Source: a virus
Lineage: Duplodnaviria > Caudoviricetes
DNA length: 31,266 nt
Direction: 5' to 3' (one strand)
Virus record (IMG/VR): IMGVR_UViG_3300035102_000150
Coordinates: 1-31,266 of that record
In this document: in pieces, positions 1 to 9,964 of the stretch
Layout of the letters: each line of letters begins with the position of its first letter
Numbering within the stretch: the stretch's first letter is position 1
Notes under the pieces: model-generated
Told to the model about the DNA's origin: nothing
Database searches by the model: none
The model's input: only the letters and a program-made list of their open reading frames with translations
Position numbers and translations under genes: made by a program

Positions 1-678
1 ATAGATGAAGTTGTAGTCTTCGTTTGTTCCTGTATCGTTTTCGAGATAAACATGCAAAGATAGAGCCGCCCTAATCGGCGGACCCACCGTAATCGCCGTA
101 TCGGAGGAAGGCCAAGATACAGTGCTGTACATCTGAACTGCATTATTGAACGACAATATGCCGTTAAGCATCCTGCTTGCTTGTAAAGACCCGCTTGCAG
201 ACAGTACAAAACCAATGCACCGTTTCAGCCCATCAGCCGAATAATAGCCATCCTTGGCCGCATCATAGGCGGGTGCCGTGGTGGTGCTGGATAACTCTGT
301 CGCAGTAAGCACGCTGCCCGTGCCGGGTTCAGCGGCCATTATCCAGTACCAATTGTCCCCGCTCGGGCTCACTGTGTGGTCAATGGCGGCGCTCACTGTG
401 TAAAGCGTCCCGTTGATCATCACCTTTCCGGCGCTCACGGTAACCGTTGAGGCGTCCTTGTAGTCCGCCCACAAAGACATATAGCCGGGCTGTGTACCCA
501 AAAGCGGTATGGAAGCGTTGTCACCATCCGCCCGCATGAGTTCGCACCCGCCCGCGCTCGCCCCGTCATGCACACGTAAGCTATCGTTGGTGGTGTCCAC
601 CGTGACTTCTCCCGCCGCACCAGTGAAAGCGTCATTTTCGGCGGATGTGCCCCTTCTCAATTGAAGCTGATCAGCCAT
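1..678 (-). CDS. Receptor-binding/tail-tip protein with major tropism determinant (Mtd) N-terminal domain, partial (runs off the left edge)
   Basis: Not in the ORF track. ATG at 678 after AAGGAGG; frame open to base 1: MADQLQLRRGTSAENDAFTGAAGEVTVDTTNDSLRVHDGASAGGCELMRAD...SLHVYLENDTGTNEDYNFIY. N-terminus matches the BPP-1 Mtd N-domain pattern. Confidence 0.88.
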   Translation of the reverse strand, partial: MADQLQLRRGTSAENDAFTGAAGEVTVDTTNDSLRVHDGASAGGCELMRADGDNASIPLLGTQPGYMSLWADYKDASTVTVSAGKVMINGTLYTVSAAIDHTVSPSGDNWYWIMAAEPGTGSVLTATELSSTTTAPAYDAAKDGYYSADGLKRCIGFVLSASGSLQASRMLNGILSFNNAVQMYSTVSWPSSDTAITVGPPIRAALSLHVYLENDTGTNEDYNFIY

Positions 679-688
679 TTATCCCTCC

Positions 689-1552
689 TTAAACCAACCC
701 GCCCAGGTCAATATTTGCACTGCCCCGGGCCAGGTCGTATCTGTTTGCAGCCACCTGTTCGGTTTCGAACGGCTCTGAATATGTCACCCCGCCAAGGTCA
801 GCGGGAAAAACCAAACTGCTCGCGTCCGCATTGGGAGCCATGCGGAAAGCCAGCCACGGGTCGTAATACTGAGTTACATTCACCAACCCGTTAACAACGG
901 CAATCTGGGCCTGGATATATGCTCCCCAGGTTTCGACTGAGGCCTCGGCAGCTTCCGCCCCGGTTTCAGCCGCCACCGCGTTGGTTTCGGCCGCTTCGGC
1001 GTTCGCTTCAGCCAACTCCGCCGCCGCCTGGGCCGCCTGCGCGGACGCAATGGCCCCGCTCAGGTCTCCAACGTCCTGATTTTCGAGACCAGTACCGGCT
1101 GAATCCCAACAAATCATCGCATTTGGGCTGGGGTTGGGCAGGGTATAGTCAGCCCCTTCCGGCGCGGTAACCGGGGCCTTGATGGCCCTGCCCAGCTCTT
1201 CTTTTATTTGCTGGGCCAGCATCACCCCCCGGTCCAGCCCCTCTTCGTGGCTCTCGGCCGGGAATGCGTCCAGGGGTTGATAATCCAGACCTTGGGTGTA
1301 GGGCAGTTCCCGCTTTATAACGATGGTGTCAGTGGTTAAAGGGTCGGTGGCCAGGGTCACGTTCCCGCCCGAAGTCTCCCCCGCGCCGCTCACCGTATAA
1401 TCTATATTCAAAGTCAAAAGAGTAGATGCGCCGTCGGCGGTCACCTTCCAGACTTGAAGATCCGAGTCCTCAAAAATCCTGAAGTTATAGGGCAGCACCC
1501 GAACGGCGCTCCCGCTGTAGCTGACCTTGTTTGTAGTGCTGGCAACGGTCAT
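689..1552 (-). CDS. Tail fibre / fibre adaptor protein (T7 gp17 N-terminal-like)
   Basis: N-terminal YNFRIFEDSDLQV...DYTVSGAG..SGGNVT...RELPYTQ...FPAESHEEGLDR attachment domain, then an Ala/Glu coiled coil (AEANAEAAETNAVAAETGAEAAE). Confidence 0.88.
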   Translation of the reverse strand: MTVASTTNKVSYSGSAVRVLPYNFRIFEDSDLQVWKVTADGASTLLTLNIDYTVSGAGETSGGNVTLATDPLTTDTIVIKRELPYTQGLDYQPLDAFPAESHEEGLDRGVMLAQQIKEELGRAIKAPVTAPEGADYTLPNPSPNAMICWDSAGTGLENQDVGDLSGAIASAQAAQAAAELAEANAEAAETNAVAAETGAEAAEASVETWGAYIQAQIAVVNGLVNVTQYYDPWLAFRMAPNADASSLVFPADLGGVTYSEPFETEQVAANRYDLARGSANIDLGGLV

Positions 1553-4500
1553 TTATTTCTCCCGTTTTTTATAAAATAGGAATTGCAGGCCCTCGGGCAT
1601 GTCGGTTTCACCGGTGACCAGGTCTTCCACTCCCTGCTTGACTGTGATCATGGCGTTACTGGGCAGGCCCGCATATCCAGGCACGCCCCACCTTTGTAAA
1701 GGCAGTGCCCCGATAAAGCGTAAGGCCGGGTCCGCCATCTTGGAGTAATCCGGATTCCTGGCCCCAGCCGTGCGCCCGATCCTGGCCACCTGACTAAAGG
1801 CCCCGCCGATTGTGCCGGTGCCGAAGTTAAAGCCCTTGGCCGCCGGAATAAATTCTCGCACAACCGGAATGGTGGCGAGCGGGTAGTAAAGCACATCCCA
1901 AAGCGCATTTTTCCATTCCCATCTCTCCCTGTCATTGCCCATGCCTTCCAAAATCGACGGAATGATCCAAATTAGGGCCATGGAAGTCATGAAACGCATA
2001 ACTGCTTTGGGTTTGTAGTGCGAGGCAGAAAGCATGCCCGCCTCTTCGCGCATGAGGTTGTGAGTGGAGGCAAAAAACGTGTAGAACATGGTCAGGGTCC
2101 TTTGCCACTCGTTGCCGCGTAAGATCTTGGGCAGGTCCTTGGCCAGGCCGGACCCTTGGGTGTTCCTTACCTGCATGTCCGCAAAATCAACCGCCTTGGT
2201 GGTGTCGCCCTTGTACCGGCTCAACCCCTGGTTATAAGCCGCCAGCCATACAGTAGAGGCTGTGATACCGTCCATGAAGCCGATAAGGGCAAAGCCCCAC
2301 TGCTTCATGATTTTTTGGTTTGTTTCCCCAGGCGCGCCCCACTCTTTTTGAATCGCCTTGCGTATGTCTCGGTCCAGTGAATTTTGCCGGTTAGCCATGT
2401 AGTCACTGGAGCTGCGCACCAGTTCCCACACCTGCAAGGGGTGAGTCGCGAAATGGGCCAGGGCCTTAATCACAGGCATAACACCCACTCGGGCCATGCC
2501 CTGGAACAAGGCCAGCGGCTGCTTAGCTGCGGTCATGAAGTTAAAGGAAAGCGCGGCCACGGCTGTGTTGTCGTTGAACGCCTTAAGCCACTTTTCCAAC
2601 GGATCGACCATGATCCTCTCAGGCCTGGCCACTCCCACCAGCCAACTGGTGAGCTGTTTGTACCTGGCCTCCCCCACGGCAATCTCAATGTGCCCCCGGA
2701 CCTGGTCATCACTCAAAAGTTTGTGAGTGCTTTTGGTGGCCTGGGCGTGGGTGATAAAATGAATAGCCCCGGCCACATGCCCGCTGAATACGCTTAAGTC
2801 AAGCAACACAGGCTTTTTGCCGCCGGTGCGCTTCATGGTGAACCCGCGCCGCACAAAGGGTATCTGGAACTCGTGCTCCCCGGCCGCATCCAGGGCCGCA
2901 TCCAAAGTCTTGAACTCCTTAATCTTGCGGCTCTTGCGCTCATCAAAAGACAATGGGTAATACCCGCCTCGATAGGTCCCGTGCTTGGTGACCACGGTTT
3001 CGGGCACAACCTTTTCTATATGCCTGCCAAAGAGCTGGTAATGCACTTCGTCAATGGTGGCGAAATACTGGTCAATGTGGTCCCACATGCCTTGAACCAG
3101 TTCCCATTCTTCTTTAAAAAGGCTGTCTTTCAGGGCCTCGATCTGCTTATCTTCCCAGCCGTAACCCTGTTGCAAGGCTTCCAAGTTGCCTGCGTTTCCC
3201 ATATTAAGGGCGGCGCAAAAAATCTCCTGGCCGGTCAGCTTCTGGTTTATGCCCTCGATGCTGATTTTCTTGGTCCACTTCTTGCGGATCTCCTTGGGAG
3301 CGGCCTCGTATAGGGCCTTGATCTCCTTGGCCGCCCGGGCGCTCATTTTCTGTTCGGCGTTGCTGCAATCATTGATAGGCTTGAAAATCATGTCCCATAT
3401 CGGCCCCATGTCCTGGTACAGATCCAACTTGCGGATTATGAATTCCGGCAGCTCAAGCAGGGCGGACACCTCACGGAACCCGCGCTTGGCCCCTTGCCAT
3501 GGGGTTTCCCCCACGGTCACCCCTTCGTCTTGGGCGGCCAGGGTCATCTTCTCTGTGTAATTTGTACGAATGGCATTAATTACCTTGGCCACGGCCTGAT
3601 CCATGGCCATCTTGCGGCCCTTAGCCACCCATTGTTTTTCCTGCCGCCCCATATGCTCCAATACTTCAACCGCTTCCTTAAGCTCCTTGAGCTGAGGCAG
3701 GGTCAACGCATTTATGGGCGATAAGGGCCGCTTGCGCTTGGCGCCGTCTTTTTTGAAAAGCGCCTTGTCCTGAATGTCGGCCTGGTCCCACCCCTGCACC
3801 TGGTCCACCAGGTCGGGGTCGATCGGCGGTCTGGACTCGGGCGGCAAGTCCGCTATGAACTCGGCCAGACTGGGCGTATCCCTGCGGGCCTGGACGGTCT
3901 TGGGCAGACCGGCATAGCGGCCCACCAGGGCCTTGATCTGCTGTAAAAAGGCTTCGTCTATGCCGCCTTTCAGGTCCAGTGATTGGGGCTTGAACCTGGC
4001 CACCCGATTCAAATACCGCTTGGCCTGCCTGGCCTCCCGCCTGGCCTGAGACGCAAGGCGCAGCTTCTTGACCTTCTGAGCTTGCAACTGCTTCAACCTG
4101 GCGGCTTCCTCCACCTTGCCACCCTTGTAGGCATCCAAGACCAGCTTAGAGACCCGCTTGTAATCGGCCTTGAGGTCTTGCCAGTTCAAAGCCTCCAGGT
4201 CGCCCACGCTCACGTCCTTGGCATTAAAAACGGCCTTGAAGGGCTTAACCAGGTTGGCCCCGGCCTTTTTCTCCAGGAGCTCGGTTTCCTTTTCCAGAAG
4301 GGCTTCGTACTCTCTGCTTAAAGCCAATTCAAAGGGTTCGGCCTCAGCCTCATGCCGCGCCGCCTGCTGCTTGATGTGCTGGTCTATAATCTCGGCCTTG
4401 GTGGGCGTGGAAAGAATCAAATCCAAGAGCTCCCGTTCCGTCATGCCCAGGGTGCCAGCCAGTTCCCACACATGCGGCGCGCCTCTCTTGACCAGCCCAA

Positions 4501-7500
4501 CCCTTTTGCGGCGCACCTGTTTGACGGTCTCGGCGTCGGCTGCTTCTTCCAGGCTTTCGGTGGATATGCCGCCCGCCTTCATAAGTTCGTCAAGCGCCTG
4601 CTGGCCTTCGTGACTGTTGGCCAGCTCCCGGCCTTCCTTGCGCCAACCGGCCAGGCTTTTTTGATATTCGGCCAGCCTGTGCTGGGTCACGTTCTCGGCG
4701 GCCGCAGCCCTGGCCGCCTGCACCAAATCGTCATAACCGGGGCGTTCACTCAGGGGTATGTCGTCAGTCGCCAAAAACGGCTGCACTCCCGCTTCCGCCC
4801 TGGCCCTGGATATCTCGGTATCAGTGGCCAACATGCGGTCAAACACGCCCCGGATGTCGTCATTAAGCTCCACATCCAGGCTGCGAACAGACTTGTATAG
4901 GTCAACCAGCCAGCGCCTGAAGGTTTCAAACACCCCGCGCAAGCCCGGTGCAGGGGCCTTGCCTTCCCTGACATAGGCTTCAAAGGCACGGGCCAAGGTC
5001 TCTTCCTGTTCGGTACTCCATGGGTCTTTTGGATCAGCCCCCACAAAGGCGGCCATGGCCTGCCAGTCCTTTTGGACCCGCTCCGGCGCGTCAGGCATCA
5101 GGGCCATGTTTTCCAAAGAACGACGGAACACGTGCCCCAGCTCATGCACCAAAGTGGAGGAATTGGCAGATTTGAAAAGTTGAATCACCGCCCGGCCGTC
5201 AGGCAGGAAATGGGCCGCGCCGCGATTGCCCTGAGGCAAGGAACCGGGCAGTATGGGCTTGACAATGTCCTTTTCGGTGAGTAATTTGGAATTAGAAAGG
5301 TTCGGCGAGAGCATCACCTTGGGCAATTGGAGCCCCCCGGTTCTCTGCACTTGCTGGGCCTTTCCTGCGTTTACATAAAGCAACCTACCGTCATGAACCT
5401 GTCTGGCAAAGAACTTTTCAGGGCTGGCATCCTTGCTGTACATTGAGGCAAGGATATTGACTTCAATACGTTTATGTCTTTTATTGAGATGCACGGCCGC
5501 TACTATTGGACCAGCGCCGTGCCACGCCTCAGTCAAAACTAAAAAATTACCGGGTTTAGTTTTTGAATCAAAAACAGCCGCCGGGTCGGCAATAAGTCGA
5601 GGTAAATCCTCCATAATGGCCTGGGGGATCGTATGCTTGTCATACATGTCCTTGGCTAAGGCGCGCTGGTCCATAACCAAGGGTAAATCCTTGGCCCCAA
5701 GTTTTTGCAAAACATCCGGGGTCTTGCCGATCCTTAACAAAACGTTGTTTTTTAATCTTTTCCCCAGAAAATCCCGCACCTGGCTTTTCCAGGCGGCCAT
5801 TTCCCGGGCAAGGCGTCTGCCCGCCTTTTGGGCCTGGTTCATGATCGGGTTTTGGTAATAGGTCTTGATAATTTCAACGCCCCGGTCGTCAAAAATCACA
5901 TAATTATGGGAACCGTTCCCAGCGTCGCGACTTCCGCCGTCTAAGTAACGAATGCCTTTGATGCCCAAGGAGTTTAGGTATTCGGATGCAAATCTAGCGT
6001 GGTCCTCCCCGTATCCGCTGCGCGAGATATTTGTAGTAGCGATAGCTCGATATATTGCTTCGCCCGTACCGCCCTTTAATAATTCCGTCGCCACACCATC
6101 ACCAAGCTGCATGTTGATCTCGTCAAGCGCCTCACGCACCATCTCGGGCTGTTCACTCAACGGCTTATCCCAATCAAGCAGCATATGGTCTTCGGGAATT
6201 TCGGCCTTATAGAGCTGGCCGGGCTCCGCTAATTCAATGTCCACCTCATCAAGTATCGTTTTTGCTTGCTCGGCTTCTTCTACGGTGAATTCTTCTCCAC
6301 CCCACAAGATGAATTCTTCTTCCATCTCTTCGGCTCTGGCAATCTGTTTGTCAATAAATCCCTTGGCGTCGAACGAATCCCCAGTTGTGCTGACGCCATG
6401 CACAGCTAAAAGCAAAGGTCGTTCTTCAGAGCCGAGTTCTCCTAAAACGTGCCCGTCGCTCAGTCGTTGCCAACCTTCATTAGTATCTATGTAGTAATCA
6501 TTATTAATTAAAACCGCTGAATCCTCGGATAGCTTTTCCCTATACGACTCAGCAACGGCTTTCTTGCTCGCAAAATAAAGCCCCCAGCCATAAGCCTGGT
6601 TCCCTTCGCCAGTGCCTATATGCTCCAGCGCGAACCGTTCAAAACGTGAGGGGCTGCCGTGGTAGACGGATTGGAAAAGGCTTCTCGGGTCATTGGGTTT
6701 TTCCCCATTATCTTTAGGCAATCGGTACATGCTTTCAGAAATCTCATAGTCACGGTTTTTGCCCGTGTTTTTCACAAAGCCAAACCGCTTATAAAACTGA
6801 TTTAAGCGGTTAACCGAAGTTGCCCCAAAATCTTTGGAAGGGCTAAGGGCTATCACCTGGGCCGTGGAATCGGCGTAGTCAATCAGGGCTTTCATAGCGG
6901 CTGTCCCTGCGCCTTGCCCTCTGCTTTCTCCTGGAACTACTATTTTAGAGAGGTTAATTACACCGTCCCGTTCGCTGATAAACCCGTCAAGACCAAGCTT
7001 CGTCCAGTGCTCCCGTACTTCTTCCAAAGAAGTAAATTTAATATACGGCTGTCCCAAAGACTCCACCCGCCCGAACTGCTGATAAAAGGCATCGTCGGCG
7101 CTAAGTGTTCCGAACATGCTTTCTTGGCCCTCAACGTCCTGCCCGGCGGCCTGGGCCAGGGCCTTTAGCTTTCCCCTGAACGCATTGGGCTTATTCTCCA
7201 CCAGGGCCATGGCCAGCGCCTTTGCCCTGGCTCCATGGCTGTGTTCCTGCTCCATACCGGGCAGGGCCTGCTGGGCAATGTATTGCCTGAGCTGGTCAAC
7301 TGCCTTAGGGCCGGCCTCGGCCGCCAAAACCATATCCACGGCCTGCAAGAGGTCTTGGCTCAGGTCCCAGGCACCGCCCCGCGCCTTGAGCCTGCCCAGG
7401 TGGTCCAGGTTCCGCCCCAGCACATTCAAGAGCCAGGGCGGCGACACCTGCAAAAGCCCAAAATCGGGAAGCACGGCCCCCAAAAGGCTGCTCTCGACCA

Positions 7501-9964
7501 AAAGCTTGCCCTGCTGGGTTATTCTCCCGCGTTTGGAATCCCAATAAACATTGGCATTGGTCTTTTGAATCACCCCGTCTTTTTGCAAGGCGTTAAGTAT
7601 CTGCCCGGCCTGCTTGGGGTTGTCCAAAAGAGCCCTTAAGGTCTGATCCTTGTCCTGCAGAAGATTGGATATCTTATCCAGGGTTTCCTGACTTATATTC
7701 TTACCCCGGCTGACAGCCTTGGCCGCCTCGCCCATTTCCTGTGTAGGTGGTGCGTTCAAGGCGCTCACTAAGCTATGGAGTTTGTCCGGCTGGTTTGTGC
7801 CGGGGTCCATGACCCGGACCAAGACCGGCTCCTGCATGGCCGCCACTTCCTGAGGGTCAAACCCGAACACAGCCGCCTGACTGGCCAGTTGCCGCCTGTA
7901 CTTATCACCGGACTTGTTTTCGGCGTCCTTATAGGCCTTCTGGATGGACATAACCCGGCTATTGCCGCCCAGCACTACGCCCTTGGGTGTAACAATACTG
8001 GGTCCGTTGATGGCGTCCGGATTGGTGTTTACGTAGTACTCCGGAGCAGTCATCTTGGAGTTAGTCAACACCTTACCCTGTTCTTCAATCTCTCCCTTGT
8101 AATCGCGCTCCTGCACACCGGCCGGGTAATCCCGCCTGGGTTCAAAGGTGGTTGGGTCATGGCTGGGAATCAGGTTCTTGGCTTCCCAAAGCTCATAGGA
8201 AACGCCCCGGGTGCGACTGCCGGGAATAAACAACCTGGCTCCCTTGCCCCTGCGGGCTCCAGTGGAACTCACCTTGGCCTTAGGCCCCACCACCCCGGCC
8301 AGATGCTTGTTCCAATACTCACTGGGGCTTATGCCCAGATAGCGGCTCATGACCCTGGCCCAGTGCCCGGCAATCAAGGCAGCGCCTCCGGCCTCCTTGG
8401 GGCTCGCGCCTGCGGCAACCGCCTGCCTGGCCCATGATTCCATCTCAACCTGAGGCAGGGGAAGGTTCGCACCGGTAAGCTCCTTGATAAAGTTGTCGAC
8501 CACTTCCCGGCTTTCCACCTCTGACTGGAATAGAGTCTCCACCCCGGGCAGGGCTTGAGCCAACCGTCCAATTTTTGTAGTGGGGATGCGGATGGTTTCA
8601 TCCAGGTCCACGGCGGACTGCAAGTCTTCCAGGTTAAGCCCGGCATCCTCCAGGGCTTCGTTGATGGCCAAGAGGTCCGCGCCTTCGGCCTCTATCGCCT
8701 GTTGATACAAGGTGCCCACCCCCTGGGCGTTGGCCGCCACTTCTTCGGGAATTCCGCTTTGACTAAAAACCTCGCCTAAAAATGCTTCATATTGCTCCGG
8801 AGACCGGCCCGCCAGCTTGGAAGCCTCTTCCCCCCTGGCCAGGATTTGAGCCAGGAAAGATAAGTCCACGGTCTCTTTTTTAGGCCTGATCTGCCCCGCA
8901 TCCATCAACGCGCCCATGCCGCCGCCGACAACTGCGCCCAGAGCGAATTCATAAAGCCGCGTGGGAGAGGCCATGGATTCAACGACCTGGCCCCAAGTCA
9001 ATTGATTTGGATCAACCCCATACTTGGTGGCCACCTCGGATATGAACCCCTGTAACGCTTCCTGTCCGCCTTCTTTTCCGGCATCAAGCATAAGGCGTTT
9101 GGCAAATTTGCCCGTTGTCCCGCCAAAAATACTCAACACCGTATTAAGCGGTAGGTTGGCCATCATGGTGTTTAGCCCGGCGTTGATGGCGTCTTCTTCG
9201 GTGCCGCCCTGTTCCAACACGGAGCGAAGGACTCCGCCGCCCTCGGATATGGATTCATTAAGAGCGGCCGTGCCAATGGAAACGCCCCGGGCAATGGTTG
9301 TACTTGCGCCTAAAGCGGTGGCCGTCCCGCCGCTCACCATTGAGCCCAGAGCCAGGGGCAGCATGGAGCCAAAAGCCTGGAAAATATGGTCAACAAAATT
9401 AGGGTCTTTGGGCGCTACTTCACTTCCCAGCTTCATAAGATCGTTGGCTAAGGTGCTATCAGGTCCCAAAAGGCCCTGAGCCCATGTCCCCGTGACATTG
9501 TAAGCCCCAGTATTTACGTCCTGAATGCCGCGAATCAGCCAATCCGGCAGCGTGTCTTCAAGCCAGCGCAAAACCGGGGCAAACGTTTCATCCACGGATT
9601 TGGAAAAGTCGTAATACCACCCGGTTTCTTGCAGTTTTGCGGTTTGTTTTTGTTGCCTGATCGCCCTTACCCTGCGCTCAATCTCGGCCAGGGAATCCAC
9701 GTCATCCTTGGCCAATGCCGCCCGCTCGGGCTCCCGCATGAAGTCAAAAGTCACGGGTGTCTTTTTGGAAAGCCGGTCATAATCCAGAGTAAGGCCAGGG
9801 TCTAAGGCATCGGCCATATTCAAGGCGGCCAAGGGCTTAAGACCCCGCCGGTCGCCTTCGGGCAACACTCGGCTGGCCTGATCCGGGTCAACGTCTCGAA
9901 CATTCCGCAACGTGTCGGCAACCCGTGATTGCCTGTCGTCTATCATGGTTAGATCAATCGGCAC
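1553..9964 (-). CDS. Large polyvalent internal virion (ejection) protein, 2803 aa
   Basis: Third ejection-gene position (T7 gp16 slot). Recognisable DdrB-ParB-like, GNAT (RGQGAG, FYKRFGF), ART-like (YHGS, GLYF), MuF-C-like and HELGH zincin segments. Confidence 0.88.
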   Translation of the reverse strand: MPIDLTMIDDRQSRVADTLRNVRDVDPDQASRVLPEGDRRGLKPLAALNMADALDPGLTLDYDRLSKKTPVTFDFMREPERAALAKDDVDSLAEIERRVRAIRQQKQTAKLQETGWYYDFSKSVDETFAPVLRWLEDTLPDWLIRGIQDVNTGAYNVTGTWAQGLLGPDSTLANDLMKLGSEVAPKDPNFVDHIFQAFGSMLPLALGSMVSGGTATALGASTTIARGVSIGTAALNESISEGGGVLRSVLEQGGTEEDAINAGLNTMMANLPLNTVLSIFGGTTGKFAKRLMLDAGKEGGQEALQGFISEVATKYGVDPNQLTWGQVVESMASPTRLYEFALGAVVGGGMGALMDAGQIRPKKETVDLSFLAQILARGEEASKLAGRSPEQYEAFLGEVFSQSGIPEEVAANAQGVGTLYQQAIEAEGADLLAINEALEDAGLNLEDLQSAVDLDETIRIPTTKIGRLAQALPGVETLFQSEVESREVVDNFIKELTGANLPLPQVEMESWARQAVAAGASPKEAGGAALIAGHWARVMSRYLGISPSEYWNKHLAGVVGPKAKVSSTGARRGKGARLFIPGSRTRGVSYELWEAKNLIPSHDPTTFEPRRDYPAGVQERDYKGEIEEQGKVLTNSKMTAPEYYVNTNPDAINGPSIVTPKGVVLGGNSRVMSIQKAYKDAENKSGDKYRRQLASQAAVFGFDPQEVAAMQEPVLVRVMDPGTNQPDKLHSLVSALNAPPTQEMGEAAKAVSRGKNISQETLDKISNLLQDKDQTLRALLDNPKQAGQILNALQKDGVIQKTNANVYWDSKRGRITQQGKLLVESSLLGAVLPDFGLLQVSPPWLLNVLGRNLDHLGRLKARGGAWDLSQDLLQAVDMVLAAEAGPKAVDQLRQYIAQQALPGMEQEHSHGARAKALAMALVENKPNAFRGKLKALAQAAGQDVEGQESMFGTLSADDAFYQQFGRVESLGQPYIKFTSLEEVREHWTKLGLDGFISERDGVINLSKIVVPGESRGQGAGTAAMKALIDYADSTAQVIALSPSKDFGATSVNRLNQFYKRFGFVKNTGKNRDYEISESMYRLPKDNGEKPNDPRSLFQSVYHGSPSRFERFALEHIGTGEGNQAYGWGLYFASKKAVAESYREKLSEDSAVLINNDYYIDTNEGWQRLSDGHVLGELGSEERPLLLAVHGVSTTGDSFDAKGFIDKQIARAEEMEEEFILWGGEEFTVEEAEQAKTILDEVDIELAEPGQLYKAEIPEDHMLLDWDKPLSEQPEMVREALDEINMQLGDGVATELLKGGTGEAIYRAIATTNISRSGYGEDHARFASEYLNSLGIKGIRYLDGGSRDAGNGSHNYVIFDDRGVEIIKTYYQNPIMNQAQKAGRRLAREMAAWKSQVRDFLGKRLKNNVLLRIGKTPDVLQKLGAKDLPLVMDQRALAKDMYDKHTIPQAIMEDLPRLIADPAAVFDSKTKPGNFLVLTEAWHGAGPIVAAVHLNKRHKRIEVNILASMYSKDASPEKFFARQVHDGRLLYVNAGKAQQVQRTGGLQLPKVMLSPNLSNSKLLTEKDIVKPILPGSLPQGNRGAAHFLPDGRAVIQLFKSANSSTLVHELGHVFRRSLENMALMPDAPERVQKDWQAMAAFVGADPKDPWSTEQEETLARAFEAYVREGKAPAPGLRGVFETFRRWLVDLYKSVRSLDVELNDDIRGVFDRMLATDTEISRARAEAGVQPFLATDDIPLSERPGYDDLVQAARAAAAENVTQHRLAEYQKSLAGWRKEGRELANSHEGQQALDELMKAGGISTESLEEAADAETVKQVRRKRVGLVKRGAPHVWELAGTLGMTERELLDLILSTPTKAEIIDQHIKQQAARHEAEAEPFELALSREYEALLEKETELLEKKAGANLVKPFKAVFNAKDVSVGDLEALNWQDLKADYKRVSKLVLDAYKGGKVEEAARLKQLQAQKVKKLRLASQARREARQAKRYLNRVARFKPQSLDLKGGIDEAFLQQIKALVGRYAGLPKTVQARRDTPSLAEFIADLPPESRPPIDPDLVDQVQGWDQADIQDKALFKKDGAKRKRPLSPINALTLPQLKELKEAVEVLEHMGRQEKQWVAKGRKMAMDQAVAKVINAIRTNYTEKMTLAAQDEGVTVGETPWQGAKRGFREVSALLELPEFIIRKLDLYQDMGPIWDMIFKPINDCSNAEQKMSARAAKEIKALYEAAPKEIRKKWTKKISIEGINQKLTGQEIFCAALNMGNAGNLEALQQGYGWEDKQIEALKDSLFKEEWELVQGMWDHIDQYFATIDEVHYQLFGRHIEKVVPETVVTKHGTYRGGYYPLSFDERKSRKIKEFKTLDAALDAAGEHEFQIPFVRRGFTMKRTGGKKPVLLDLSVFSGHVAGAIHFITHAQATKSTHKLLSDDQVRGHIEIAVGEARYKQLTSWLVGVARPERIMVDPLEKWLKAFNDNTAVAALSFNFMTAAKQPLALFQGMARVGVMPVIKALAHFATHPLQVWELVRSSSDYMANRQNSLDRDIRKAIQKEWGAPGETNQKIMKQWGFALIGFMDGITASTVWLAAYNQGLSRYKGDTTKAVDFADMQVRNTQGSGLAKDLPKILRGNEWQRTLTMFYTFFASTHNLMREEAGMLSASHYKPKAVMRFMTSMALIWIIPSILEGMGNDRERWEWKNALWDVLYYPLATIPVVREFIPAAKGFNFGTGTIGGAFSQVARIGRTAGARNPDYSKMADPALRFIGALPLQRWGVPGYAGLPSNAMITVKQGVEDLVTGETDMPEGLQFLFYKKREK

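Noticed and set aside
435-635. 66-aa ORF from the track
   Set aside because: Wrong frame; the real gene is the Mtd-N frame starting at 678
1648-9479. Many 70-220 aa ORFs overlapping the 2803-aa gene
   Set aside because: Alternative-frame or antisense artefacts of GC-rich coding sequence
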